DNA of 62,751 nt, counting the filler, from Collodictyon triciliatum (lineage: Eukaryota): assembly GCA_043381765.1 (NCBI GenBank). It is 46 parts of 46 records of this genome, joined end to end, with 100 filler letters (N's around TTAATTAATTAA, not from the genome) between each part and the next. Parts side by side here need not be neighbours in the genome. Positions count along the whole stretch, not along the records: positions 1 to 1,274 come from JBHJMP010011597.1; positions 1,375 to 2,649 come from JBHJMP010011598.1; positions 2,750 to 4,021 come from JBHJMP010011599.1; positions 4,122 to 5,393 come from JBHJMP010011600.1; positions 5,494 to 6,765 come from JBHJMP010011601.1; positions 6,866 to 8,136 come from JBHJMP010011602.1; positions 8,237 to 9,506 come from JBHJMP010011606.1; positions 9,607 to 10,876 come from JBHJMP010011607.1; 38 more parts are not named here. The stretch is one strand, 5' to 3'. Below, in pieces: positions 1 to 11,126 of this stretch. The translations under genes were made by a program, and so were the position numbers. The stretch's first letter is position 1, and every line of letters begins with the position of its first letter. A model generated the notes under the pieces. That model had not been told where the DNA came from and did not search any database. It worked only from the letters and a program-made list of their open reading frames with translations.

Positions 1-1143
1 ATTTATTCAAGAAATACGCAATCAGCAGTTGGGAAGGGATTCAGTTCGCTTCTAAAAAGATATGAGGAATCTCAAAAAGAGCATGAGAAGATGTTGATAA
101 GAATGGAGAGTTCAATGTCTAGAGGTGTTTATGACGACGTTGACATTAGGGTTGGAAAAATCACAAATAACCTGAGAAAGCTTGTTGATATTGATGTTCG
201 CATTGGGGATGAAGCTAAGATACTCCAGATTGTTAAGCCCGGAAAAGGTCGCGTGTGGGCTCAGAGAGAAATATCAAACTACAAAAATCTGATTAAAAGG
301 GTTGGTGTGCGTGGTTCTGGGCCTCTCCAATTTGATTGGCCTTGGGGAATAACAACACACCCTGTCACCGGAAATATTTACATCACAGATCACGGAAACC
401 ACAGAGTTCAAGTTTTAACACCCAACTTGGAGTTAGTGTCAATATTTGGTCGCCAGGGGAGCGGGAACGGAGACTTTTGTTATCCAACCGGAGTCGCCAT
501 ATTCGAGGATGGATTCATTGCAATATCAGACAGTGGAGGAGCAGGCCAAGGCCGTGTGCAGATTTTTGATAGCGAGCATAATTATGTTGGATATGTTCCA
601 AATGGCGGTGCATCGAAGACATCGTCGTCACCCAAAAGCTTTGATGGGTTCAATAGTCCACGAGGCTTGGCGATAGATTCACAGGGTAATCTGTATGTCT
701 GTAATCTCAATAAAAACAGAGTCGATAAGTTTAACAAAGGATTGGAGTATGTTCTCTCCTTTGCAAACTCTGGCGATGGGCAAATGAATCAACCTCACAA
801 TATTTGGTTGAATAGCAAAGACGAGATATGTGTTCATGGATATGCTGAAAAGTCCAAAGTCTTTAATACAAATGGAGAATACCTTAAAACGGTGAACGCA
901 ATTAAATACAGAGATTGGTCTAATGGTCAGGAAGGGCCTGATGGGACGATGTTTTTCGCTGACTGTGTCTCCCACAAGACTTTTGTATACTCATCAGACG
1001 AACACCTCATTTTGGAGATTGGTGGGCACGGAAGCGGTGATGGAAGATTTAACACCCCGATGGGTTTATGCTGTGGTCTTGATGGAAGATTATACGTGTT
1101 GGAGTGCGAAAACAGAAGAGTCCAGTGCTTTGGTGCTGAATGA
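1..1143 (+). CDS. NHL-repeat beta-propeller protein (TRIM-NHL-like C-terminus), 5' partial, intronless here
   Basis: Frame open from base 1; repeated NHL motifs FDWPWGIT..IYITDHGNHRVQV, FCYPTGVA, FNSPRGLAIDSQGNLYV, FNTPMGL..LYVLECENRRVQCF. Confidence 0.9.
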   Translation: MYSRNTQSAVGKGFSSLLKRYEESQKEHEKMLIRMESSMSRGVYDDVDIRVGKITNNLRKLVDIDVRIGDEAKILQIVKPGKGRVWAQREISNYKNLIKRVGVRGSGPLQFDWPWGITTHPVTGNIYITDHGNHRVQVLTPNLELVSIFGRQGSGNGDFCYPTGVAIFEDGFIAISDSGGAGQGRVQIFDSEHNYVGYVPNGGASKTSSSPKSFDGFNSPRGLAIDSQGNLYVCNLNKNRVDKFNKGLEYVLSFANSGDGQMNQPHNIWLNSKDEICVHGYAEKSKVFNTNGEYLKTVNAIKYRDWSNGQEGPDGTMFFADCVSHKTFVYSSDEHLILEIGGHGSGDGRFNTPMGLCCGLDGRLYVLECENRRVQCFGAE

Positions 1144-1177
1144 AACAACCATCTGAATCGAAGGGCTTTCTTTCGCT

Positions 1178-1275
1178 CACTCACTCACTCACTCACTCAC
1201 TCACTCACTCACTCACTCACTCACTCACTCACTCACTCACTCACTCACTCACTCACTCACTCACTCACTCACTCN
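1178..1275. repeat. (CTCA)n microsatellite; representative of many SSRs at contig ends
   Basis: Perfect tetranucleotide array. Others include (AAT)n 5494-5588, (AG)n 8047-8136, (TTGA-TTGT)n 12140-12246, (GTTTAT)n 15085-15199, (GTTT)n 16172-16353, (TATTC/TATTG)n 20086-20458, (TAG)n 36959-37080, (AGAAT)n 41071-41176, (CAA)n 57217-57312. Confidence 0.97.
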
Positions 1276-1538
1276 NNNNNNNNNNNNNNNNNNNNNNNNN
1301 NNNNNNNNNNNNNNNNNNTTAATTAATTAANNNNNNNNNNNNNNNNNNNNNNNNNNNNNNNNNNNNNNNNNNNNAAAACACACAAAACACACAAAACACA
1401 CAAAACACACAAAACACACAAAACACACAAAACACACAAAACACACAAAACACACAAAACACACAAAACACACAAAACACAGATGTAGCCATAACCTATT
1501 TTATTCACCCAAGACAATAAGACCTAAGGAAGGAAAAA

Positions 1539-2545
1539 ATGTCGTCGATTGACACTGGAAATACCGCCTGGGTTCTGGTACGAAAAGCAATCTCAAGAAT
1601 ATACGGCTCCCTTTCGTCGCATCGTTGAATAACAATAATGGCTCTTGCTCCAACTTGCTATAATTTTTTCGTGACATATCCGTCCAACGAGAAACCGAGA
1701 ATAACACTTATTTTTCCATAGGCTTCGACAGCACTTGTCATGATTATGGTAAGCAGGATGGGGTCAACGTCTTTTTTTTTATATGATGATTTGTTGTTCT
1801 AGCAATAATACAAGCCAACAAAAAAAGAAAATAAAAACTATTTCTTTTCAAATGCCGTGGTAAAAAAAAAAACAATGATTTCATAGACTCCAGGGGTCGG
1901 TTTTTACTATGCTGGTGTGGCAGGTAAAAAGAACGTCCTTTCTGTGCTGATGGGAAGTCTACTCTGTCTGGCCGTTGTTTCTGTTCAGGTAACGCCTCGT
2001 TTCTAAACACTTTTTTTCTTGTGTGCTCCAAAACAACAAAAATACAAATCAGAAGAGCAAAGCAACAATTAAAATACAGTAAACATTGAGGGTCTAAACA
2101 GTTCTACATTGTAATTTTTTTTAAAAAAATTAACATTTACTCACAGTGGTTTATATGGGGGTATTCTCTCTCATTTTCGACATCTGGTGGGGAATTCATC
2201 GGAGACTTGAGTGAGCGCTTGTCTATCTTCGCCTATAATTGACTTTCCAAGAATATACTTTCTGATAATTTGCGCCCCTTGTGTCATACTAGCCTTTTCT
2301 GTTCCACATAGACAACACAAAATACAAAATTAGATTATTCCATATTTACTTTGTAATATTAATAGCATAAATGGCTCTATCCTCTCCCTTTATTTGAGTT
2401 AAGCTTTCAGAAAATGTATTTGAACATGATTGTAACCTGGTTTCATTATATCACCAGAATGGGGTGGCCTTGACGGTGTTGCTGACGGTGACCCGCATCC
2501 TGCAGCTGCGTCAATCCCCAATGTCGTTTTCATGCTATTTCAATG
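1539..2545 (+). CDS. amt: Ammonium transporter (Amt/Mep family), N-terminal 5 exons, 3' partial
   Basis: GT-AG splicing gives MSSIDTGNTAWVL|ASTALVMIM|TPGVGFYYAGVAGKKNVLSVLMGSLLCLAVVSVQ|WFIWGYSLSFSTSGGEFIGDL|KWGGLDGV..SIPNVVFMLFQ, the canonical Amt N-terminus. Confidence 0.93.
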
Positions 2546-2749
2546 GTAAAAAGAAAAAGAAAAAGAAAAAGAAAAAGAAAAGAAAAAGAAAAAGAAAAAG
2601 AGAAAAGAGAAAAGAGAAAAGAAAAAGAAAAAGAAAAAGAAAAAGAAAANNNNNNNNNNNNNNNNNNNNNNNNNNNNNNNNNNNNNNNNNNNNTTAATTA
2701 ATTAANNNNNNNNNNNNNNNNNNNNNNNNNNNNNNNNNNNNNNNNNNNN

Positions 2750-2781
<32 letters not shown>

Positions 2782-2971
2782 TTTTTTTTTGTTTTTTAGA
2801 TTTATTTCTAGACTGAAGCCGGTTTGCCTTGGGTGCGCGGCGTGTCATCTGTTTTATCCTGCGAAAGAAAGAAATCAGCGTGGCTGCGATGGTAGCCGCT
2901 AGAAAACGGCTGGCCGATATCCTGCCTCTTGCTCCCATGCACTATTGTATGTCTTGTTCATCCCACCAGTT

Positions 2972-3810
2972 CTACAGGAACGCTTGCCTGCGGCTGGCAG
3001 ACTGAGTCGGGTTTTTGTGTCGGTGTGGCAGATATAAACAAACCTTTCCTTTTGCCTCCGTGTACGAAAAGAAGCAATAAAGGCCACCGCCCATCGTGCT
3101 TATTGTGTGGCCGATGAGTGACTCGATGCTCGTCAGTTGCGACTGGTTCAGAAAGGACAGCCCCAGAATCGTGGTTGCCGAGTTTTTTATCTGTACTAAA
3201 TATTGATTGCTTGATAAGCTGGTTACACCAGAGGGGCGCACCCGAGTTAAGAAGATATGAAATAGCGGAAGGATAAATACGAATACCAATTACACTGGTC
3301 GTCAACGGAGAGTTCAGCTTGGTGCAAAGGAATAATGTGTAGTTGAGAAAGAAGGCACAAGCACCAGAGAGCAGATACGTTGCCTGAAAGGTCAAAGGAA
3401 GTGAAGGAAAGAAAGTTCGGTTTGATGCCACAAAATATGAAACACATGCCTTTTGATTCCTTTTGCCTTGTGTGCGGTGGAGGATACATATGAATATTAT
3501 GTGTTCACGCTATTGAAAATATGCACAAATCAATATTAAATTATTAGAATGACAATTCATACGATAAACTCTTTGTCGCGGATGTGGGGGTGTTCATACA
3601 CTTTCAACCATTCTCCTGAGATTGTTGCACAAAGGATGACAAAGGGAATAGATATGATGTTGTTATAATGCATCAGCCCAAACGTGCCGAGTTTATTTTC
3701 TGATTTTTTAATTGATATAAGATTGAGCGACCCTGTGATGTTATTCATTAGCACGAGCATATAGCCCATCATGTCAAAGTTGGAGTCGCCCATTGCAGCA
3801 ACGAAGCCCC
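2972..3810 (-). CDS. Nucleotide-sugar transporter (SLC35D-like), last 3 exons
   Basis: GFVAAMGDSNFDMMGY..FGLMHYNNIISIP..|..LSGACAFFLNYTLFLCTKLNSPLTTSVIG|QIKN..TILG; NSPLTTSV-G-xKN is typical of SLC35D/TPT transporters; GT-AG introns. Confidence 0.88.
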
Positions 3811-4243
3811 CTGCAATATTAATCGGATAGAAGTATTAATCGTAATATATCACCGGCTTATTATGTAAAAAAAAAATATTATACAAAAATATGCGACAGA
3901 AGAAACTGTTGCGTAATATAAACAAGATTCATCGCATCGTTGATTATCGATTTTTGGTTTTTTTGGTTTTTTTGGTTTTTTTTTGGTTTTTTTTGGTTTT
4001 TTTTGGTTTTTTTTGGTTTTTNNNNNNNNNNNNNNNNNNNNNNNNNNNNNNNNNNNNNNNNNNNNTTAATTAATTAANNNNNNNNNNNNNNNNNNNNNNN
4101 NNNNNNNNNNNNNNNNNNNNNTAGGTTTTGTGTTTTTTTTTGTTTTTTTTTTTTTAACAGAGTTGACGGGGCAAGAGAGAACGATTCAGAACCAAGGTAA
4201 TTGAGGCCGTGGTTCCCTGACGTCAAAAATCTCCATCAACGTT

Positions 4244-4271
4244 TTTTTTTTTTCCTTTATTCGATTCAAAG
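4244..4271 (-). mobile_element. Ultra-short retroposed insert (LINE 3'-terminal 17-mer + GG + A tail) with 17-bp TSD
   Basis: Insert ttttttttttcctttattcgattcaaag flanked by aaatctccatcaacgtt (4227-4243) and aaatctccatcaatgtt (4272-4288), 16/17 identical; core matches the LINE end at 46139-46155. Confidence 0.85.
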
Positions 4272-4418
4272 AAATCTCCATCAATGTTAAATCCTGCCAG
4301 ATATTACAAAGATTTATTAAAACAAAATGGAAAGCTTTGTTTCACCCAGCGATCGCTAATATATTGAACCCTTATTCGCTAGCAATCTACTTTATGCACT
4401 AATAATCCGCAGTTCGAA

Positions 4419-4468
4419 AATATTGTTGGCACGGGCGCCAACAGCTAAGTCTGTCGTGAATAAAAAAA
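4419..4468 (+). mobile_element. ~50-nt retroposed insert with hairpin, AATAAA and A tail; ~15-bp TSD
   Basis: aatccgcagttcgaa (4404-4418) and aatccacagttcgaa (4469-4483) flank tgttggc-acgggc-gccaaca gctaagtctgtcgtgaataaaaaaaaa. Confidence 0.7.
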
Positions 4469-5493
4469 AATCCACAGTTCGAATATTTTAATTACTGATG
4501 TTTTCCGCCCTCACACCAATTTACTTAACAATTATATTTTCCATATATGCAATTCTAATATGTATATGATTTGAGATGAAGTGCATATTTTCTATATTTG
4601 GATATTCTTGAAAATGGGTCCGAATGAGGTATCATTTCCAAATGTAAACCAAAATCCGTCCCAGGTAGGTATGGTCTAGCAGATATTGGGGCGTTTGGGA
4701 AGGAGATTGCGAAGGCGTTTGCACAGATGAAGCATCAAAGTGTGAAAATCGTCAATGCAGCCTCATTAATCAATAATATATTACATGAATAAAGAAACGG
4801 GTATTTAATTAGTAAATAGAAGAAAATGTCCGCTCATATAGATTAATTTATTATATTTTCCATAATCATATAAAATTCAGCACATACAAAGCATGCGGAT
4901 CAATTCACTGAAATGCCTCTTCGCAAAAACCCAAGCGCCAAAGCCAACCCGTCACACACCAAACCTCTTCATTCTTTTATCTGACTCGAAGCGTCACGCA
5001 CAAAGCCCTACAAAGACCAATATCGCCTGCCAATGCCGCCAACCAAACTCTACCTAATTCCCATGTACGCAATTTGGAAGACTTTCTGTTGCAAGGCACC
5101 CAAACAGAAAGTAATAAACAGGCGGTGTGTTGTTTGTACCTTCATATTATACTCTCTCACCCGCCAGCCAGGATTCCCATTTATTTCTACTTTATTTAAA
5201 TCGACGCAAGTTTGGCGGATTTGGCCGTGGTTCTTTGACCTTTGGGTTTCTTGCAGCGCATTCTAAATCACATATTATTCGATATTTGTTTCTATGGGCC
5301 TGTAATAAGAGAATAATGAATTAATACAAATAGACTCCAATAAGAAAGTCGTCCCCTAAAAGGTTTGACCGGGTTGCACTAAATGGATTCCGCNNNNNNN
5401 NNNNNNNNNNNNNNNNNNNNNNNNNNNNNNNNNNNNNTTAATTAATTAANNNNNNNNNNNNNNNNNNNNNNNNNNNNNNNNNNNNNNNNNNNN

Positions 5494-5590
<97 letters not shown>

Positions 5591-5592
5591 AG

Positions 5593-6766
5593 GAAATGCT
5601 TACAAGGCTGCTAAAGCGCACGACAAGGCGTCTGAAGCCTTTGCTGGTGCTGCTACTTGCTATGAAAAGATGGATGAGTAAATAAAATATAAACCATATT
5701 ATTTTTTTTTAAAAAAAAACTGCATACAGTCATTTGATTGAGTTTGTGTTCACGATTTTTCCCCTTTATTCGATTCAAAGAGAGTTTGTGTTCACGATAA
5801 AATTTACTTGCATCAGTTACACAAAAATCTTCTGATTTTAAAATGAATTACAGACTTTTTCGAGCCGGTCGTTCTTTTGACCTTGCTGCTACGATGGCCA
5901 AAGAAACAAAGGATATGGATCGCACTGCAGAATATTATTCAAAAGCAAGTTATGCCTATAGAATGCATGGAAATTCAGACAAAGGTGCTGATATGATGTT
6001 CAAGGCTGCCAAGTTTGTCGATTATCAATATTTTTCAAACAAATTTATACCTTAATTATATTGCAGCAGTTTTTTATAGTTTCTTTCTGGGTGATAGAAC
6101 TCGAGTTATTTTGTAATCTAAATCAGGATAAAAGCACATTATTTTTGTGTATTGCGTGCTAAGAGTTTACACCTACATCATTTTTTAATTAGTAACTCTA
6201 TCTGATTTATTATTAATCTAAATGCTTTTCTTATGATTTTGACAGAGCCCTGGAAGAAGTCGATGAAAAAAGAGCGTTAGACAAGTATGTAGAAGCATGC
6301 GACCTATTCCAAACAGAAGGAAAGGACTTTTATTCAGGAGAGTGCTTCAGGAGCACAATAGCCTTTTGCTTGAAAATTAAGGCGTATGTATTAGAATACC
6401 TCTATTAATTTGCTCACAATTCAAAAATTTATCTAAACATGATTGTTTTTTTTCACCAGGTTTGACCAGGCAATTGCGATGATGGTTCGACAAATTGATG
6501 TTTTCCGACGAAATGACCAACGTTCCTACCTTAATAAGGTTTTTATAAGCATACTCTTTTGAAGGAAATACAAGGACAGGAAGAAGCGTTTTTTTTTTTT
6601 GATTGCTTTTCAAATATTAGATTAGAACTTTGCCTTACCTGGAATGCTTTTGTTTTGAGGAACTTAACATATCATGAATTGTATAGGCCATCCTGAGTAT
6701 CATCATCATCGATTTATATGGAGACGATTTTGTACGAGCTGAACTCGATTTCCGAAAATATTCAGN
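5593..6766 (+). CDS. NAPG: Gamma-SNAP (NSF attachment protein gamma), internal 5 exons
   Basis: Spliced product GNAYKAAKAHDKASEAF..CYEKMDELFRAGRSFDLAA..YSKASYAYRMHGNSDKGADMMFKAAKALEEVDEKRALDKYVEACDLF..FDQAI..AILSIIIIDLYGDDFVRAE; GT-AG introns with consistent phase. Confidence 0.85.
5757..5781 (-). mobile_element. Ultra-short retroposed insert (same 17-mer core) with perfect 17-bp TSD, inside a gamma-SNAP intron
   Basis: gagtttgtgttcacgat at 5740-5756 and 5782-5798 flank ttttcccctttattcgattcaaaga. Confidence 0.88.
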
Positions 6767-6867
6767 NNNNNNNNNNNNNNNNNNNNNNNNNNNNNNNNNN
6801 NNNNNNNNNTTAATTAATTAANNNNNNNNNNNNNNNNNNNNNNNNNNNNNNNNNNNNNNNNNNNNCA

Positions 6868-7071
6868 TATGGCAGCCCTGGGCGCGTGGATGTCTCCCAC
6901 ATCACAAAGAGCCTCATCGGCACGGACAAAGGTATCGAGTTCGAAGATCGGCAGAAGAAGGTGATGATTGGAGCAGCCGAGTTTTCACTCTACTTTGCGT
7001 CAATCTCTGCCAGCGTAACTAACCCAAACGCAGCTGGAGAAAATGCTGAGGTGAAGATATCAGATTGGTAG
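6868..7071 (+). CDS. C-terminal end of a class III adenylate/guanylate cyclase-like domain, 5' partial
   Basis: YGSPGRVDVSHITKSLI..IEFEDRQKKVMIGAAEFSLYF resembles the cyclase tail G.PGRIHxSxxTxxxL..FEFExRG.I.VKG.G.M.TYF, with KG replaced by IG. Confidence 0.6.
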   Translation, partial: YGSPGRVDVSHITKSLIGTDKGIEFEDRQKKVMIGAAEFSLYFASISASVTNPNAAGENAEVKISDW

Positions 7072-8041
7072 GATGGAGCAGCTCACCCACTTTTTGTTTC
7101 TTCAGCCTCATCCAGAGGGAAAACTCTAGAAAAAAAGGATGAGATGTCGTTCGAGAGCGAGATACATATTGCACAAAGTGGGGTTATGAACGCACAGTAG
7201 CTGCCGAACAGCCAAATAAAGATATTCACTACAGCACAGAAAATGTTAGATGAAGTGGTTGCGGAGAGGGGATGATATAAAGGATCGAAAGTCGATGTGG
7301 ATTGAGGTATTTATTGGCCATGACAGTGAATTTGATGTGGAAGGCAAAATTTTGTGGATTTTTTTTTGAGGGACATATATGAACGAGGTTGTAAAAAATG
7401 GAGAGCTAATCGAGTAATCTTTGGTCAAGACAATAATCGTGAAAAGCTACAGGATAAGCAAACAGATAGACAAGATACAGAAAATAAAGTTGTAAGAAAC
7501 GCACCAGTTCTTGTCTTGTTTTTTTTTTTAAAAAAAAATATTATGAATTGGAATGAAGGGAGAGAACAGGAACGAGAAAGAGAAAGAGAAAGGGTGATCA
7601 AGAGGTTACTGCTGTACAAACAAGGAGGTACAGATTACTCGGACTTTTGTAATGGATAAGTACATCAGAGCAAGAGGGAAAAGAAGAAAGGAGGAGAGGA
7701 AAAAAAGATAAAGAAAAAAGAAGGCAATATCATAATAGCAGAGAGGGAAGCACACATACCGGGCGAAAAGGGTACAACGTAGGAAATCTAGGACAAAGCA
7801 CATCGGGAAAAAAAAATCAGAAGGGAGAGCGCAAAAGAAAAAAAGAAGAGAAAAGAATAGAATGGAAAGAGGAGAAGGAGGAGGAGAATCAATCACTGGG
7901 GCCACTCGCCCTGGATGCACGGACGACATGTGAGCGCGGCAATAAAGATGACGAGGAATCCTTTGAGCGCCACAAACGCCATCTCCGAGCAGGTTTTCCT
8001 ATCAAGACACAAGAAACACAGGGATCAGCCAAAGCCCAGAC

Positions 8042-8136
<95 letters not shown>

Positions 8137-8312
8137 NNNNNNNNNNNNNNNNNNNNNNNNNNNNNNNNNNNNNNNNNNNNTTAATTAATTAANNNNNNNN
8201 NNNNNNNNNNNNNNNNNNNNNNNNNNNNNNNNNNNNACTAAGTGTATGCAAGTACAAAACAAAGTGCTCGAAACGAAGGGAAAAATAAAATGTCTGGCTG
8301 CACGAGACTTAC

Positions 8313-9506
8313 AGTTTTCGTATTCGGGCATAGTGCAGAGCCTTTGAGGATTGTGTGTGAAGCAGTCTCCGTCGTTCGATAAACAGAGAATTGGGCTTCG
8401 AATGTTCCCATAGCCAGACACAATTTGCACTATTTTCACAAGAGAAATTCAATTTTTCTCCTTCATGCATGCATAAAATTCTTCCGTATGAATTATAACA
8501 AAAATATCGGCTAGGTGTGTGCTTGCACAAAACAAAGTGCTCGAAACGAAGTGAGAGATGAACATAATTTCTGGTAACACGAGACTTACGGTTTTCGTAT
8601 TCCGGCATAGTGCAGAGCCTTTGCGGTTCTTGTGTGTGAAGCAGACTTCGTCATATTCCGGCATAGTGCAGAGCCTTTGCGGGTCTTGTGTGAAGCAAAC
8701 TTCGTCGTTTGATAAACAGGGAATCGGGCCTCGAATGTTCACATAGCCGGACACAATTTGCACTATTTTCACAAGAGAAATTCAATTTTTCTCCTTTATG
8801 GATGTGTACAATTCTTCCGTATGAATTATAAAAAAAAATCTACTAATTGTGTGCTTGCACAAAACAAAGTACTCGAATCAAAGCGAAACTAAAAATAGAA
8901 TTTCTGGTTGCACGGGACTTACGGTTTTTGTATTCCGGCATAGTACAGAGCCTTTGCAGTTCTTGTGTGAAGTAGACTTTGTCGCAGTCAGGCATAACGC
9001 ACAGCCTTTGCGGGTCTTGCGTGGAGCAGACTTCGTCGACGTTCGGCATAGTGGAGAGCCTTTGCGGGTCTTGTGTGAAGCAGACTTCGTCGACGTTCGG
9101 CATAGTGGAGATCCTTTGCAGTTCTTGTGTGAAGCAGACTTTGTCGCAGTCCGGCATAGTGGGGAGCCTTTGCGGGTCTTGTGTAGAGCAGACTGCGTCG
9201 ACGTTCGGCATAGTGCAGAGCCTTTGCGGGTCTTGTGTAGAGCAGACTGCGTCATATCCCGGCATAGTGGAGATCCTTTGCAGGTCTTGTGTGAAGCAGA
9301 CTTCGTCGACGTTCGGCATAGTGGGGAGCCTTTGCGGGTCTTGTGTGAAGCAGACTTCGTCGACGTTCGGCATAGTGGAGATTCTTTGCGGGTCTTGTGT
9401 GGAGCAGACTTCGTCGCAGTACGGCATAGTGGAGAGCCTTTGTGGTTATCGGCCCTCATGGGTCTTGCGCGTGAAGCGGACTTCATGTGTGTACTTGTGT
9501 GACCGT
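8313..9506 (-). CDS. Putative Cys-containing 18-aa repeat protein built from tandemly duplicated exon+intron units; one exon frameshifted
   Basis: Minus-strand GTAAGT donors after 8923, 8590 and 8313; AATAG acceptors before 8762 and 8429; all phase 1; repeat MPNVDEVCFTQDPQRLCT. Confidence 0.55.
8935..9485. repeat. 54-bp minisatellite, ~10 copies, nested in a ~280-330-bp higher-order repeat (8237-8930)
   Basis: Unit cggcatagtggagagcctttgcgggtcttgtgtgaagcagacttcgtcgacgtt repeated head-to-tail with point variants. Confidence 0.95.
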
Positions 9507-9743
9507 NNNNNNNNNNNNNNNNNNNNNNNNNNNNNNNNNNNNNNNNNNNNTTAATTAATTAANNNNNNNNNNNNNNNNNNNNNNNNNNNNNNNNNNNNNN
9601 NNNNNNGGGAAGAATGAGCCTATTTGGCTAGTTCGTCAGGTGCTACTATAAAGAGCTTTTGTTAGATTCCACTGAGAAAGCATTAAAATTACTCTATCCG
9701 TAACTTTGTATATCTGAAGGATATCTGAAATGATTAAAAAAAA

Positions 9744-9858
9744 TTTTGTTCCTTAATTCGATTCAAAGTGCAGCGCGGTTTTGCCATATAAAGAGACGAG
9801 ATAAGTGCGCGTGGTAGAAAGCAAACGCGAGTAGAAGACACCACCGTAGAAAGGCTAG
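9744..9858 (-). mobile_element. 5'-truncated (~110 nt) copy of the LINE 3' end
   Basis: Aligns with 46139-46248 (ttcgattcaaagtgcag..gccata.aaag..agcaaacgcgagtag..gaagacac.accgt.ga); degenerate 17-bp TSD at 9719-9735 and 9859-9875 (13/17). Confidence 0.8.
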
Positions 9859-11126
9859 GAATATCTATAATGTTTGTTTTAAAATATTTTCATGTTGTAA
9901 AATTCAATCACCTTTGTTTTTCGAACATCTATTCTTATAATTTATCCATCATCCAATCCTATATGTGCCCATGTGAGAGATAAAGAAAATTTTGTAATGA
10001 TAACAAAGAAGCAGAGTCTACTACTTTCTTAGAATTTATAATCAAAGAACTTATGTATTAGGTCATGTAAAGTGTATCATACTTAAATACGACTAATTGA
10101 AGTGTAATTTTGCGACTAACGGTGCCGCGTTGAAAGGATGACTATCTCCAGACTATTTGGAATGTATAATTGTTTGTTTAAGTTTCGAAAATATTGAGGT
10201 TTAATGTAGTAACTATTTCAACTATGAATATATGTATGTTTTTTTTGGAGTCTATCCGACAATTCAAGAGCATTATTCTTACGAATCAATTATCGCCTTT
10301 GTTGCAGGAGTCGTGCAGTATGTCAGCTGTTGCTCGTAATCTGCTGGATACTAAATGTGAATTGATCAATAAAAACGGTTTCTATAGTTTAAGAATTCAA
10401 TATAAAAAAAGTATGGGTAGTAAGTATCAAAACAGTAAATAGAGTAACCGCTTCTTCATCACGCAGATTTCTTCCTCTTCTTTGAGGTGGCAAATTTTCG
10501 AGTAGACAATTAATGTTGCGGATTATCTGAATATTATTATTTAAAAATTATGTCATCTCGTGTGTACAAAAAATTGATTCTTTGATAGAATTTGTTATTA
10601 TAAAGTTACATTATTAAATTTCTGGTGCCAAATGATCAGCTTCAGTCGCAGGGATGCAGTCATTACAGATGAACTTTTCCTCCCTTTTTGGCCATAGCTC
10701 AACCATTTTCTTGATATTTATTTATTCTATATATCTAGAATAAATAAATATCAGATTATTTCGTGCTTTATTGTTTTATGCGTTTTTTTACCTATTATTA
10801 TATCTAATTCAATATATGGATGACGAAATGAAAATATTGGACAAGTATTACAATGCACCCAAGCATACCAATTCAGNNNNNNNNNNNNNNNNNNNNNNNN
10901 NNNNNNNNNNNNNNNNNNNNTTAATTAATTAANNNNNNNNNNNNNNNNNNNNNNNNNNNNNNNNNNNNNNNNNNNNTTATTGTTATTATTATTGTTATTA
11001 TTATTGTTATTATTATTGTTATTATTATTGTTATTATTATTGTTATTGTTATTGTTATTGTTATTGTTATTGTTATTTAAACAAAATAGTGGCAACTCGA
11101 ATCGTGATGGATGCCTATGTGCCAAT

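Noticed and set aside
8935-9485. CRISPR array
   Set aside because: Units are head-to-tail with no unique spacers, there are no cas genes, and the context is eukaryotic with splice sites.
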